Notes: generated from the letters alone by a model not told the origin. A DNA stretch of 61,970 nucleotides from Emcibacter sp. (GCA_021774875.1 JAJFIP010000032.1:1-61970), one strand, 5' to 3'; positions 39,503-50,953 are shown, numbered from the stretch's first letter. Made by a program: numbers and translations.

Positions 39503-40232
39503 TTTAGCTGGGAAATGCGCATTGGTAACCGGGGCTTCTGGTGGTCTTGGAAGTGCCATCGCTCGCGCTTTACATGGCAGTGGTGCTAAAGTAGCCCTTT
39601 CTGGCACCAGGCAGGAGCCGTTGGAGCAATTGGCAGCAGAGTTGGGTGACGGTGCTTTTGTGGTTCCGGCTAATCTGTCAGACCCTGAATCGGTTGCGGC
39701 TCTGCCCAAGGCAGCGGAGGAAGCCATGGGACAGGTGGATATTCTTGTTAATAATGCGGGGATTACCCGTGATAACATCGCCATGCGTCTGAAGGATGCT
39801 GAGTGGGACGATGTGATGCAGGTTAATCTCAAAGCAGCCTTCAAATTATCACAAGGTCTGATGCGCGGCATGATGAAGCGCAGATGGGGCCGCATGATCA
39901 ATATAACCTCAATTGTCGGGGTTACGGGAAATCCGGGGCAGGCCAATTATGCGGCATCCAAGGCCGGTATGATTGGCATGACCAAAAGTCTGGCACAGGA
40001 GCTGGCATCCCGCAATATTACAGTGAATTGTATTGCGCCCGGTTTTATCGAAAGCCCGATGACTGATGTCTTGACCGATGATCAGAAAAACAATCTTTTG
40101 ACCAATGTCCCCATGAAAAGACTGGGTGTTGGCGATGAAATAGCCGCAGGTGTGTTATATCTTGCCAGTGATGAAGCGGCCTATGTTACGGGGCAAACAC
40201 TCCATATTAATGGTGGAATGGCCATGATCTAA
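39495..40232 (+). CDS. fabG: 3-oxoacyl-ACP reductase
   Basis: TGASGGLG, NNAGITRD, GNPGQANYAASK; fab cluster. Confidence 0.96.
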   Translation: MFDLAGKCALVTGASGGLGSAIARALHGSGAKVALSGTRQEPLEQLAAELGDGAFVVPANLSDPESVAALPKAAEEAMGQVDILVNNAGITRDNIAMRLKDAEWDDVMQVNLKAAFKLSQGLMRGMMKRRWGRMINITSIVGVTGNPGQANYAASKAGMIGMTKSLAQELASRNITVNCIAPGFIESPMTDVLTDDQKNNLLTNVPMKRLGVGDEIAAGVLYLASDEAAYVTGQTLHINGGMAMI

Positions 40233-40448
40233 ATATTATAGTATATTTATTCTTGGCAACAGCGGACTTAATGTGCTAGGAAGCCTCCGGTGAATGGATG
40301 GCTCGAAAGTTTTAAAGGTCATTATTTAATTTTTTGAATTCAGTTTTTTATTGTTTTTGCTTGTAAAAGGAAAATAGAGTATTAATTACTGGTTCTGTGA
40401 TTATCAAACCCCGGGCTTGATTAGCCCCCCAAACAAGGGATAGAAAAT

Positions 40449-40682
40449 ATGAGTGACGTAGCTGAACGTGTAAAAAAAATTGTTGTTGAACATCTGGGTG
40501 TTGAAGATGACAAGGTTACCGATAGTTCAAGCTTTATTGATGATTTGGGCGCGGATAGTCTGGACACAGTTGAGCTCGTAATGGCATTTGAAGAAGAATT
40601 TGGTTGTGAAATTCCTGACGATGCTGCTGAAAAAATCCTGACCGTCAAGGATGCTATCGACTTTATCAGCGCGAACGCTTAA
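40449..40682 (+). CDS. acpP: Acyl carrier protein
   Basis: [14 protein letters not shown]. Confidence 0.98.
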   Translation: MSDVAERVKKIVVEHLGVEDDKVTDSSSFIDDLGADSLDTVELVMAFEEEFGCEIPDDAAEKILTVKDAIDFISANA

Positions 40683-40720
40683 ATCAGCATATTATGTTGC
40701 CTGATATTGGTGGTATGCAA

Positions 40721-40791
40721 AATAATAATGACCGCGAAATACTATGTCTTTTATAAAATAAAGATATAGGGTTCGCGGTCTTGTTATTATT
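40721..40791 (+). other. Long stem-loop between acpP and fabF
   Basis: GACCGCGAA/TTCGCGGTC outer stem plus CTATGTCTTT/AAAGATATAG inner stem. Confidence 0.55.
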
Positions 40792-40833
40792 GAGCTATTC
40801 TGCTTAAAGTAAAAAGCATAAAAAGAGAGATAC

Positions 40834-42102
40834 ATGATGAGACGAGTGGTAGTTACTGGAATGGGGCTTGTTACCCCGCTTGCATCGGGATTGGAAGAAA
40901 CCTGGAAACGTCTTATTGCTGGACAATCAGGGGCCGGACCTATCACGCGATTTGACCCGCAGGGGCTTTCATCACTGGTTGCTTGTGAAGTGCCCTTAGG
41001 CGATGGTAGTGACGGCACATTCAATGCTGATGACTGGATGAGTGCCAAAGAACGCCGCCGCATTGATGATTTTATCCTCTACGGCATTGCAGCTGCTGAA
41101 ATGGCTTTGGAAGATTCTGGCTGGAAACCGACAAGTGATGAAGATCAATGGCGGTCCGGGATTTTAACCGGTTCTGGTATTGGCGGGCTTCCGGGAATTC
41201 AGAAGGAATCCATCAATATGAATGAACGCGGCGTTCGGCGGGTCAGCCCGTTTTTCATTCCCCGCTGTCTGATCAACCTGATTTCGGGAAATGTTTCGAT
41301 CCGAAATGGTCTGAAGGGGCCAAATCATTCGGTTGTAACCGCCTGTGCCACAGGCACCCATGCCATTGGTGATGCCGCGCGGTTAATTGCTATGGATGAT
41401 GCGGATGTCATGGTCGCTGGTGGCGGTGAAGCCGCTATTTGTGAGATGGGAGTTGCCGGATTCGCTCAGGCTAAAGCTCTTAGCACACATTTCAATGATA
41501 CACCGGAGAAAGCCTCGCGGCCTTATGACCGGGACCGGGATGGTTTTGTCATTGGCGAAGGTGCTGGTATGGTAATTCTGGAAGAATATGACCATGCCAG
41601 AAAACGTGGTGCTGATATTTACGCCGAGGTAGTCGGGTATGGCTTGTCTGGCGATGCTTATCATGTAACGGCTCCGGCCCCGGATGGCAGCGGGGGCTAC
41701 CGTGCCATGCAGGCAGCTTTCAAGCGTTCCGGTCTGACACCTGATGATATTGGTTATGTCAATGCCCACGGTACTTCAACGCCGCTGGGAGATGAGATTG
41801 AATTTTCTGCTGTGAAAAGGCTATTTGGTGATGCGGCTGCAAAGACTGCCATGTCATCGACAAAATCATCCATCGGGCATTTGCTGGGAGCGGCGGGCAG
41901 CACCGAAGCAGTCTTTAGTATAATGGCCATGAACAGAGGTGAATTGCCACCAACGCTTAATCTGGATAATCCATCTGAAGGTATTGAAGGCATTAATCTT
42001 GTGCCTCACGAAGCTCAGCGTAAGACTGGCATCAAAGCTGTGCTTTCCAATAGTTTCGGCTTTGGCGGCACTAATGCTTCCGTGATATTCAAGGCAGTAT
42101 AA
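40834..42102 (+). CDS. fabF: Beta-ketoacyl-ACP synthase II
   Basis: TACATG, NAHGTST, KSSIGHLLGAAG, SNSFGFGG. Confidence 0.97.
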   Translation: MMRRVVVTGMGLVTPLASGLEETWKRLIAGQSGAGPITRFDPQGLSSLVACEVPLGDGSDGTFNADDWMSAKERRRIDDFILYGIAAAEMALEDSGWKPTSDEDQWRSGILTGSGIGGLPGIQKESINMNERGVRRVSPFFIPRCLINLISGNVSIRNGLKGPNHSVVTACATGTHAIGDAARLIAMDDADVMVAGGGEAAICEMGVAGFAQAKALSTHFNDTPEKASRPYDRDRDGFVIGEGAGMVILEEYDHARKRGADIYAEVVGYGLSGDAYHVTAPAPDGSGGYRAMQAAFKRSGLTPDDIGYVNAHGTSTPLGDEIEFSAVKRLFGDAAAKTAMSSTKSSIGHLLGAAGSTEAVFSIMAMNRGELPPTLNLDNPSEGIEGINLVPHEAQRKTGIKAVLSNSFGFGGTNASVIFKAV

Positions 42103-42110
42103 ACGGTCTT

Positions 42111-43097
42111 ATGACCGGCATAAGAAAATATATCATTCTGTTAATATTGGGCAGCGTCGTATTTGCGGCGCTGTTTTTTTATCTGGGCTACCGTAAATTT
42201 AATGAAGATGGCCCAAAGAATCAGGAAACTGCCTATTATTTGCCAAAGGGGCAGGGTGTCATCCGCACAGCCTGGGAGCTGGAACAGCAGGGCTATATTA
42301 CCGAACAGGATATATTCAAGCTGGGGGTCAAACTGTCGGGTTTTGAGCGGAACTTACAGGCCGGAGAATTTGCTATTCCCGCTGGTGCCAGTATGTTTGA
42401 TATTATGATGATTCTGTCCAGTGGCAATGTCATCCAACATCGTCTGACCATCATCGAAGGCTGGACCAGCTGGCAGATCGCAGACTATCTCAATGGGCTG
42501 GATAATCTGAACGATCCCATAACCGAGCTGCCTAGGGAAGGCTCGATCCTGCCAGATACTTACCAATATACTAAAAATACTGTTCGCCATGACCTGATCC
42601 GCATGATGCAAGTTCGGCAACTGGATTTGCTGGATATATTATGGCCGGAAAGGGCAGAAGGATTGCCGTTTCTATCCACAGAAGATGCCGTGATATTGGC
42701 TTCTATTGTCGAAAAAGAAACTGCAACAGCAGAGGAACGCGCCCATATCGCCGGGGTGTTCATAAACCGCCTGCGCAAGAATATTCGCTTGCAAACTGAT
42801 CCGACTGTGATTTATGGCCTTGATAGAAAAGGATATATTGACCGCCCCATACGGAAATCGGATCTGAAGTCAGATAATCCTTATAACACTTATAAAATCA
42901 GGGGACTGCCCCCAACCGCCATTGCCCATCCGGGCCGGGCATCCATAGAAGCGGTATTGCACCCGCTAGAGACAAATGATCTTTATTTTGTTGCCGATGG
43001 TACTGGCGGTCATGCTTTTGCTGATAATTTGCCGGAACACCTGAAAAACGTTAAAAAATGGCGCAGAATTGAGAAATTGAAAAAACTTGAAAATTAG
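42111..43097 (+). CDS. mltG: Endolytic transglycosylase MltG
   Basis: LASIVEKE, LQTDPT, PYNTY, GLPP, LYFVADG. Confidence 0.95.
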   Translation: MTGIRKYIILLILGSVVFAALFFYLGYRKFNEDGPKNQETAYYLPKGQGVIRTAWELEQQGYITEQDIFKLGVKLSGFERNLQAGEFAIPAGASMFDIMMILSSGNVIQHRLTIIEGWTSWQIADYLNGLDNLNDPITELPREGSILPDTYQYTKNTVRHDLIRMMQVRQLDLLDILWPERAEGLPFLSTEDAVILASIVEKETATAEERAHIAGVFINRLRKNIRLQTDPTVIYGLDRKGYIDRPIRKSDLKSDNPYNTYKIRGLPPTAIAHPGRASIEAVLHPLETNDLYFVADGTGGHAFADNLPEHLKNVKKWRRIEKLKKLEN

Positions 43098-43858
43098 TTC
43101 TTCGCCGGCATCACACTGAATATCCGATCAAACAGCCATTCGGGCAGGAAGCGTACCATGGCCCCAAATATGAGGCTTAATTGCCACGGGAAAGTGATGC
43201 GGGCCTGATTTTTTTCCAGTCCCCGGCGCAAAGCCTTGATTGCCTTGTCGGTTTCCATCAGAAAAGGCATGGGAAATTTATTGCTGGCGGTCATGGCACT
43301 TTTGACAAAACCGGGGCAGACCACATTAACTTCGATGCCATGTCGGGCATAAAGGCCGCGCAAGGCTTCGCCGTAGGCTTTGACACAGGCTTTGCTGGTT
43401 GAATAGGCTGGGGACGAGGGCAGGCCGTGATAACCCGCCAGAGAGGATATAATGGCAATCTGGCCATGACCCCTGCTTTGCATCAGGCCAATGGCCGGAT
43501 GTACTGTATTAAATACGCCACCAACATTAATATCAAAAATTTTCTTTGTGTGGTCTGCCAAATCCATATCGATTGTGAAACCAGTTCCAATGCCCGCATT
43601 GGCAACCACCAGATCCAGTGGCGCGATGGCATCACATTCTCTGATCCAGTTGGACATGGTATCTTCATTGCTGGTATCTACAAGGCCAATATAGACTTCA
43701 GAACCAAGGGCTTGACAGCTTTTCTTAACGTCCTCAAGCCGTTCTTCGTTACGCCCGGAAAGAAAAAGTGTGATACTTTTTGTCGCATATTCTTTGGCAA
43801 GGGCGGCGCCCAGCCCACTGCTGCCGCCGGTAATAAGAATGGATTTTGGATTTTTCAT
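43094..43858 (-). CDS. Short-chain dehydrogenase/reductase
   Basis: TGGSSGLG, ANAG, YSTSK, CPGFV, FPMPF. Confidence 0.92.
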   Translation of the reverse strand: MKNPKSILITGGSSGLGAALAKEYATKSITLFLSGRNEERLEDVKKSCQALGSEVYIGLVDTSNEDTMSNWIRECDAIAPLDLVVANAGIGTGFTIDMDLADHTKKIFDINVGGVFNTVHPAIGLMQSRGHGQIAIISSLAGYHGLPSSPAYSTSKACVKAYGEALRGLYARHGIEVNVVCPGFVKSAMTASNKFPMPFLMETDKAIKALRRGLEKNQARITFPWQLSLIFGAMVRFLPEWLFDRIFSVMPAKN

Positions 43859-43925
43859 CTGTGGTTATTCCTGCTATAGCTTGTTCATATCGACTGAAAC
43901 CATAACATATGAAAAATATTACACT

Positions 43926-44813
43926 ATGACATTATCGAGTATGACCGGATTTGCCCGTATAGCGGGCAGTTGGCAAGATTATCACTGGACATGGGAGATT
44001 AAAAGCGTCAATGGCCGCAACCTTGATGTGCGCTGTCGCACACCTCAGGGGCTTGATGCGGTTGAACAGATGGCCCGCAAAGCCCTGAAGGATAATATTG
44101 CCAGAGGATCGGTGAATATAAACCTTCAAATGAGCCGGGATACAGACAGTTCAGCCTTCAAAGTAAATCAGGATATGCTGGATACGCTGGTCGAAGTTGC
44201 CACCACCACCGCCATGAAAAATCATCTGCCTCAGCCGGGACTTGATGCGCTGATGGCGGTTAGAGATGTGATTCAGTATGTGGAAGCCGAAGAAGACGAC
44301 GCGACCATCAAAGCCCGTGATCATGCCTTAATGACGTCTTTTGCAGAAACAATAGCGGCTTTCAGAGCCTCCCGCGATACCGAAGGGGCTGCTATGCAGG
44401 AAGTCATCACTGGTCTTGTGGATGAGATTAAACGGCTGGTTAAACAGGCAGATAAACTGGCACAGGGACTGCCGGACCTGATCAAGAAACGTTATATGGA
44501 CAAGGTAACAGCACTTTTGGATGACACTAGTGGTATTGACCCGGACCGTATAGCCCAAGAGGTAGTGCTTCTGGCTACCAAAGCGGATATAAGGGAAGAA
44601 ATTGATCGTTTATATGCCCATATTGAGGCCGCCAGAGCGCATATCAATACCAATGGCCAGATTGGCCGCAAGCTGGATTTTTTGACCCAGGAATTCAACC
44701 GGGAAGCCAATACCCTGTGCAGCAAGGCCGCTGATATACGCCTGACAGATATTGGCTTGTCCTTAAAAACCACCATTGATCAGTTCCGTGAGCAGGTTCA
44801 GAATATTGAGTAG
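43926..44813 (+). CDS. yicC: YicC/YloC family endoribonuclease
   Basis: SMTGFAR, KSVN, DIREEIDRL, GRKLDFLTQEFNREANT, REQVQNIE. Confidence 0.95.
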   Translation: MTLSSMTGFARIAGSWQDYHWTWEIKSVNGRNLDVRCRTPQGLDAVEQMARKALKDNIARGSVNINLQMSRDTDSSAFKVNQDMLDTLVEVATTTAMKNHLPQPGLDALMAVRDVIQYVEAEEDDATIKARDHALMTSFAETIAAFRASRDTEGAAMQEVITGLVDEIKRLVKQADKLAQGLPDLIKKRYMDKVTALLDDTSGIDPDRIAQEVVLLATKADIREEIDRLYAHIEAARAHINTNGQIGRKLDFLTQEFNREANTLCSKAADIRLTDIGLSLKTTIDQFREQVQNIE

Positions 44814-44820
44814 AGAAAAA

Positions 44821-45456
44821 ATGACCGAGAATATTACACGTCGGGGAATGTTGCTGGTGCTGTCCTCCCCATCAGGGGCCGGCAAATCAACCCTGTCACG
44901 CCTGTTACTGGAAAAGGATGATAATATTGCCTTGTCTGTTTCCATGACTACAAGGACGCCTAGACCGGGAGAGATAGACGGAGTGGATTATAACTTTGTC
45001 TCTACAGCGGAATTTGAAAATCTTGTGCAACAGGACGGTTTTCTGGAACATGCCAAGGTGTTTGATAACTATTACGGCACGCCTGCAGCTCCGGTGGTAA
45101 AGGCCATACAAGCGGGTCGAGACGTACTTTTTGATATTGACTGGCAGGGTACTCAGCAGCTTACTCAAAAAGCAGCCAAAGATCTGGTGCGGGTATTTAT
45201 TTTGCCACCCAGCAGCCAAGAACTGGAACGCCGTCTGAAAGAAAGGGCGCAGGACAGTGCTGCAGTAGTTGCAAGGCGCATGTCCAAGGCGAGTGAGGAA
45301 ATCAGCCATTGGGCAGAATATGACTATATTATCGTCAATGATGAACTGGAAAAATCTGAACAACAGCTCTTTTCCATATTGCAGGCCGAACGGCTAAAAA
45401 GGGTACGCCAGACCGGACTTGTGCCCTTTGTTCATGAAATTATTGGCGAAGAATAA
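44821..45456 (+). CDS. gmk: Guanylate kinase
   Basis: SPSGAGKST, TTRTPRPGE, NYYGT, DIDWQG. Confidence 0.97.
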   Translation: MTENITRRGMLLVLSSPSGAGKSTLSRLLLEKDDNIALSVSMTTRTPRPGEIDGVDYNFVSTAEFENLVQQDGFLEHAKVFDNYYGTPAAPVVKAIQAGRDVLFDIDWQGTQQLTQKAAKDLVRVFILPPSSQELERRLKERAQDSAAVVARRMSKASEEISHWAEYDYIIVNDELEKSEQQLFSILQAERLKRVRQTGLVPFVHEIIGEE

Positions 45457-45463
45457 GTCACTT

Positions 45464-46324
45464 TCACTCATAGGATTTTGCAAGACGGCAAAAATCCGCC
45501 ACTGTTAATTCCTCGGCCCGACTGGTTTGTTCTATATTGGCGGCTTCAAGACAGGGCAATGGGTCTTGGCCCAGAGCTTTAAGACTGGTGCGTAGCATTT
45601 TACGCCGCTGGTTAAAGGCGGCAGAAACAACTTTTTCCAATATTTCCTGTTTAGGTATGTCCGGTCGTTCTTCTCGCGGGGTGAGCGAAACAATACAGGA
45701 TGTGACCTTGGGCGCGGGTATAAAGGCGCGGGCCGGAACATCAAACATGATTTTAGCTTCAGACCGATATTGCCCAAGCACGGACAGGCGGCCATAAGCT
45801 TTGGTACGTGGTTCGGCAATGATGCGCATGCCAACCTCTTTCTGGAACATCAGGGTGAGCGAGCTGTACCACGGCAGCCATTCTTTCAGGGTCAGCCATT
45901 TCACCAGCAATGCGGTGCCCACATTATAGGGCAGGTTGGCAATGATTTTAACAGGACGGCCACCAGTATCACCAATTAATTTCTGCTCATCTATTTTCAG
46001 GGCATCACCTTGGATGACGTCCAGTCTGCCCGGATAGGTTTTCTTTACCTGCGCCAATGCTTCAATACAGCGCGGGTCCATTTCCACCGCAAAGACTTTA
46101 TGAGCACCGTTCATCAAAAGGGCGCGGGTCAGAGCACCGGGGCCGGGACCGACTTCATAAATGATTGAATCTTTCAGGCTGCTACCACCCAACCCATTGG
46201 CTGAACGGGCTATTTTTCCGGTAAGATTGAGATCGGTTAAAAAATTCTGGCCCAATGATTTTCGGGCATTTAGTTCATAACGGCTTATGACATCCCGCAG
46301 CGGTGGCAGGCCGTCCTCATACAT
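45464..46324 (-). CDS. rsmA: 16S rRNA dimethyltransferase RsmA/KsgA
   Basis: [38 protein letters not shown]. Confidence 0.97.
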   Translation of the reverse strand: MYEDGLPPLRDVISRYELNARKSLGQNFLTDLNLTGKIARSANGLGGSSLKDSIIYEVGPGPGALTRALLMNGAHKVFAVEMDPRCIEALAQVKKTYPGRLDVIQGDALKIDEQKLIGDTGGRPVKIIANLPYNVGTALLVKWLTLKEWLPWYSSLTLMFQKEVGMRIIAEPRTKAYGRLSVLGQYRSEAKIMFDVPARAFIPAPKVTSCIVSLTPREERPDIPKQEILEKVVSAAFNQRRKMLRTSLKALGQDPLPCLEAANIEQTSRAEELTVADFCRLAKSYE

Positions 46325-47366
46325 GGCCTGATACTCTGTTTATATATATTTTTTGCGCCAGTTTCAGAGCGTTGATCATACTGTTGGGGTTGGCCAGATT
46401 TTGCCCCGCAATATCCAATGCTGTTCCATGATCCGGCGAAGTACGAACAATGGGCAAGCCAAGCGTCACATTGACGCCGCCGTAAAAATCCAGGGTTTTG
46501 ACAGGAATCAAGGCCTGATCATGATACATGCAAAGGGCTGCATCATATTTGGTCCGCGCCGCTTCATGAAACATGGTGTCGGCGGGAAGGGGGCCTGATA
46601 TATTCATGCCCTGATCCCGCAGTCGGTCAAGGGCCGGGCGGATGACAAGCTGTTCTTCTTTTCCCATGGTACCATCTTCACCAGCATGGGGGTTTAATCC
46701 AGCAACGGCGATTCGGGGATTATTCAGGCCAAAATCCTGTATCATGGCCTGATGCAATTTTTCACATGTTTTTTGGATAAGCTCCTGAGTGATTGACTCA
46801 GCAACTTGTGCGAGCCTGATATGTATGGTCAGTGGTACGACACGAAATCCATTTGAGACCAGCATCATTAACGGCATTTCAGGGATAGAAGTTTTCTTCT
46901 CGCAAAGCACAGCAAGATATTCCGTATGTCCCGGGGAGTTGAAACCAGACTGATAAAGAAATGATTTTTGTATCGGAGCAGTGATCAGCCCGGCAGCTTT
47001 GCCTTCAAAAATCATCTCAACGGATTTTTCAATGGCACCAAGTGTAATGGGAGCTGATCTCGTGGACGGATTGCCAAATTCAAAATCAGCGTCATGTCCA
47101 ATATCCAGAACCGGTAAAGCTTTCTGAAAAATAGCATTGACTTCTGTATGAGTTGAGACGGCACACAGAGGAATATCCAATCCCAGTTTCAGAGCGGTTT
47201 CCCTCATTATCTGCTCACTGCCAACAACAAAAAAAATCGGTAATTTCTGCTTTATCCTCTCAGACCAGCTTTTGAGGATGATTTCCGGGCCAATACCAGA
47301 TGGTTCGCCAATGGATATGGCAAAGGGGAGTTGGTCTGAATTATTTATAGTCGATAATGGCATCAC
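46317..47366 (-). CDS. pdxA: 4-hydroxythreonine-4-phosphate dehydrogenase
   Basis: [37 protein letters not shown]. Confidence 0.96.
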   Translation of the reverse strand: MMPLSTINNSDQLPFAISIGEPSGIGPEIILKSWSERIKQKLPIFFVVGSEQIMRETALKLGLDIPLCAVSTHTEVNAIFQKALPVLDIGHDADFEFGNPSTRSAPITLGAIEKSVEMIFEGKAAGLITAPIQKSFLYQSGFNSPGHTEYLAVLCEKKTSIPEMPLMMLVSNGFRVVPLTIHIRLAQVAESITQELIQKTCEKLHQAMIQDFGLNNPRIAVAGLNPHAGEDGTMGKEEQLVIRPALDRLRDQGMNISGPLPADTMFHEAARTKYDAALCMYHDQALIPVKTLDFYGGVNVTLGLPIVRTSPDHGTALDIAGQNLANPNSMINALKLAQKIYINRVSGHV

Positions 47367-48660
47367 GCCGAAGGTCCCTGAGATGGCGTCTGGCGATCAG
47401 ACCCACCCGTTGCTGGGAAAGGTTGCCCTCAACACTGTCATAGTCTGGAAGTCGAATTTCAGGGTCTTTACGGTCGCAGACAACAAAGACCCGGTAGCCG
47501 TTTGGTTCCCTAATTGGGTTGGTAGCATGGCCAATTTCAAGGTCAAGGATTGTTCTGTGCAGGCTCCTTGGCAGTTCTGATATGGCGAGATTTCCGAGGC
47601 TGCCGGTTTCTTTTGCGCCAAGCTCTTTGCCCTGCTCTTCAAGGTTCTCACAATTTTCGATTTTTTCTGCTGCACTGGTGACAATTTTTTCCAGCGCATC
47701 CAATTCGTCGCTCTGGGCCTTTTCAGATACTTCAAAGAATAAATGTTGCAAGTCTACACGGGCATCGGTTTCACTTGGGGTCAGAATTTGTCTCTTTCCA
47801 GCCAGTTGAATGATATAAAATCCGTCTTCGGTTTCGATGGGGTCTGAAATCTGACCTGTTTCCATTGATTCAAGAGCCGAGACAATCTCCAGACTGAGTT
47901 GAGATTTCATCAACCATCCCAGATCACCGCCCACAGCTGAAGTGGTTGATTGGGAGAACTGGCGGGCCATCACCTGAAAGGAAGCTTTCTTTTTTAACTG
48001 CTCAACAATGCGCTGAGCCGCAATTCTGCTTTCTTCGCGCTTGTCATTTTCAGAAACCAGCAGGAAGATTTCCAACGCATGATATTCTTCCTGACCTTTA
48101 TTAGTTTCCATTCGCTCCAGAATAGCATAGATTTCCTCATCACTTATGCTGACCTGTGGCATTAAAAGTCCACCAACAACCTGTTCCCATGCCAAACTGG
48201 CCTCGATCTGCTGCAGCATGGATTCCTTGCGGATACCTACCTGAGCCAGCTGTTGTTCCAGTTGTGTAGGGGTCACTCTCATTTGTTGGGCATAGGATGC
48301 AAAGGATTGTTCCTGGTCGTTTTTGCTGATGACAGTTTTATATTCCCCAGCCTCCTGAGTTTTTAATTTGTCATCGACCAGACTTTGCAGAGCCTGCTGG
48401 TTTAAATATTGCTGTTCCTGTTGGGAAAACTGACGCTGGCCTGATGACATCATGAACAAGAGCACTCTTTGTTTCAGATCATAGAGAGAGATCGGGCTGT
48501 CATTGACTACAGCAACAATCTGCTGAACATCACGTAGTTCCTGTTCGTTTCCCGGTTGCTGGGCAATTCCACCAAGAGGAAATAGCAAGAAACTGCTCAA
48601 GATACTTACCAAACATACTTTTATTGTTCCTGCGACAATTTTACGATTCATTTTATACAT
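47341..48660 (-). CDS. surA: SurA-like periplasmic chaperone/PPIase
   Basis: IVAVVND SurA N-domain, parvulin motif ARQFS...GGDLGW; lptD-surA-pdxA synteny. Confidence 0.85.
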   Translation of the reverse strand: MYKMNRKIVAGTIKVCLVSILSSFLLFPLGGIAQQPGNEQELRDVQQIVAVVNDSPISLYDLKQRVLLFMMSSGQRQFSQQEQQYLNQQALQSLVDDKLKTQEAGEYKTVISKNDQEQSFASYAQQMRVTPTQLEQQLAQVGIRKESMLQQIEASLAWEQVVGGLLMPQVSISDEEIYAILERMETNKGQEEYHALEIFLLVSENDKREESRIAAQRIVEQLKKKASFQVMARQFSQSTTSAVGGDLGWLMKSQLSLEIVSALESMETGQISDPIETEDGFYIIQLAGKRQILTPSETDARVDLQHLFFEVSEKAQSDELDALEKIVTSAAEKIENCENLEEQGKELGAKETGSLGNLAISELPRSLHRTILDLEIGHATNPIREPNGYRVFVVCDRKDPEIRLPDYDSVEGNLSQQRVGLIARRHLRDLRRDAIIDYK

Positions 48661-48757
48661 ACCTAATCTTGGTCCTGCCCTGAATTTTTACGATACATCT
48701 ATACTTGTAAATGGCTGAAAAATATACTGATAAATATCTGAAAAATCAAAGGGCAAA

Positions 48758-50953
48758 TTATCCCAGATGTTTTAGCACTAATCTCAGGTGGAATGTGCTT
48801 GACGGGGTTATATCCCGGTCCGATGTCAATCGCCTTTCAAAGCCCAGACCAAATTCCAGACATTCATTCTTGAATTTGATGCCAGCATCATAGGAAATTG
48901 TGTCATTTTTAAGTAAATCATGGACCCAGCTTCCATGAAGAGTCCAGCGATCTGTAACAAGATACTTAAATCCGGTGCCAATCTCTTTACTGTTGACAAG
49001 TTCTGTATTGGTGAGATCAGTAAATTCTCTGTCAAGATCAAGGAAACGGACTGAAACTCTGACTTTTTTTGTGCCACCCGACAATATCATTTCATTGCGG
49101 CGCAAACTGAAAGTATTTTTGTCCAGCCTGAATCGGTGGACATAATCAATATAATCGCCAAAAGTCAGGTCCAGTCGTCCTACAAAATCAGATGATTTTC
49201 CTTCAAATCCGGAGCCAACAGGAAATGTTTCTGATGATTGCAGGCGAAAGCTTTGCCCGAAGGTGCCGATGATCGTTGTTTTACCTGCATAGAGGGAATA
49301 ACGCAGGCCATAATTAACACGGCTGCCGGATTCCCATTTGTCATAGCCATTATAGCGTTCATGACTGAAAAGATTATTTTCATCAAACTCAAAATTGCGG
49401 CTGTCCTCATTGACTATAGCATTTATATTTTTATTATTTGGCGCGATAATGATTGAAACCAACGGCTCCAGGATTTGTTGTGATGAGGCCCCATTCTTGA
49501 TGAATGGCATTTTCCAGTCGATGGCAAATTTAGGTAATATTCGGCTAAAAGTACCATTTTCGCCGCCATGAATGGGCTGGTCCTGTTTCTCAGCGGAGCT
49601 ATTGTGAAAGACGTCGCCGCGAATACTTGCAGTGAACGTATAAAAATCACCAAGGCCGGTTTTTAGCGGGAGTTTCCAAGCACCTTGAAGGCTCATACGC
49701 TGAGAATTCAGTCCCCCCGTGCGCACAATGGCGACACCGCTGGCATCAATGGTAAACTGGTTACCCCATTTGCCGGGTGTAGAGGCAATATTCAGGTCGA
49801 AGGCGGGTAATGCATGTCCGGTAGTTTCACTGTTATCCTCTTCATCAAGTCCCTGAAACCCATATACTCCAGCTGTAAAATAGCTCCGGTTTGTGAAATT
49901 TTCAATTTTTGCGTGGCTTGCCAAAACGTCTGAGCGATCCTGATAATACCGCCTTAGGTAAGTGTCATCGCTGACCCAGCGCAGGGCATAATCCCATTGC
50001 CACCTGTCCCCAACCAGTTTCAGACTATCAAGATTAAAATTTCCGCCGGAAGAAATATGGCCACGGACCTCGCGGCCACCGGTATCAATCTGGTTAACAT
50101 CCCGGTCAACAGCATTGGTTACGGACCCTTTGACAAAAAATTGACCATTTCCGGTATGCTGACGATAGGTGCCGGCCATCACAATACCTTCCTTCGAGGT
50201 AATCAAAGGTTCAAGCGTGATGTCTTGGTGTGGAGCCAGATTAAAATAATAGGGTATGGTTACATTAACTCCAAGTTCTGATGAGGTGGAGAATTCTGGA
50301 GTTAAAAAACCGGATGCAGCATGAACAGAAGGGTCCGGGTGAGAAAAATAGGGTGTATAAAATATAGGTACGCCAGCGACTTCCAGCAGGACATTTTTAT
50401 ATCTGATGACTTTATCTTTTTCATCATGGGTGATGGCATCCGCGCGGATTTGCCATAAAGGCTTTCTCTTCCCGGCCTCATTACAGGTCTTGCAGGGCGA
50501 ATAGGCGGCTTTTGTGAATGTGGTCTCGCCGCCAGAACGCACACCCTCCTGTGCCACCATATGCCCGTCGTCAGAAAATAAAATTCTCACATTGCGAATG
50601 AAACCGTCCCTGAGGCCGTCAGTCAGAACCGTTTCTTCCAGAAACATGATATTGCCACTACCATCACGAAGGCTGATGTTGCCAGTAGCAGTCACTTTTT
50701 GACTATTTCGATCAAAGATGACTTTGTCTGCTTTAAGGACAGTGTTGTCCTGGTATAAAGTGACATCACCAGTGGAAATAATCAGACCATTGACACTGTC
50801 ATATTCAATTTGATTTGCTGAAAAATTAATGTCTTTTTTCAGATTTGGTAATTCAGTATTGAGCAATTTGCTCTCATAGGGCAGAGCATCCAATGAAGAC
50901 ATGGATAACAAAGTTCCTGATAACAGGCTGGCGAGGACTTTTTTTCTTCCCAT
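48758..50953 (-). CDS. lptD: LPS-assembly protein LptD
   Basis: OstA-like N-terminus, YSPC..C...PLWQI, PYFSHPDP..SGFL, NEDS, beta-barrel C-terminus. Confidence 0.93.
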   Translation of the reverse strand: MGRKKVLASLLSGTLLSMSSLDALPYESKLLNTELPNLKKDINFSANQIEYDSVNGLIISTGDVTLYQDNTVLKADKVIFDRNSQKVTATGNISLRDGSGNIMFLEETVLTDGLRDGFIRNVRILFSDDGHMVAQEGVRSGGETTFTKAAYSPCKTCNEAGKRKPLWQIRADAITHDEKDKVIRYKNVLLEVAGVPIFYTPYFSHPDPSVHAASGFLTPEFSTSSELGVNVTIPYYFNLAPHQDITLEPLITSKEGIVMAGTYRQHTGNGQFFVKGSVTNAVDRDVNQIDTGGREVRGHISSGGNFNLDSLKLVGDRWQWDYALRWVSDDTYLRRYYQDRSDVLASHAKIENFTNRSYFTAGVYGFQGLDEEDNSETTGHALPAFDLNIASTPGKWGNQFTIDASGVAIVRTGGLNSQRMSLQGAWKLPLKTGLGDFYTFTASIRGDVFHNSSAEKQDQPIHGGENGTFSRILPKFAIDWKMPFIKNGASSQQILEPLVSIIIAPNNKNINAIVNEDSRNFEFDENNLFSHERYNGYDKWESGSRVNYGLRYSLYAGKTTIIGTFGQSFRLQSSETFPVGSGFEGKSSDFVGRLDLTFGDYIDYVHRFRLDKNTFSLRRNEMILSGGTKKVRVSVRFLDLDREFTDLTNTELVNSKEIGTGFKYLVTDRWTLHGSWVHDLLKNDTISYDAGIKFKNECLEFGLGFERRLTSDRDITPSSTFHLRLVLKHLG

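Noticed and set aside
43770-43925. Extended start of yicC (similar extensions for rpsF, gmk, leuA and hemerythrin 2)
   Set aside because: Family motifs begin at the downstream start codons, and the extensions overlap other genes or leaders
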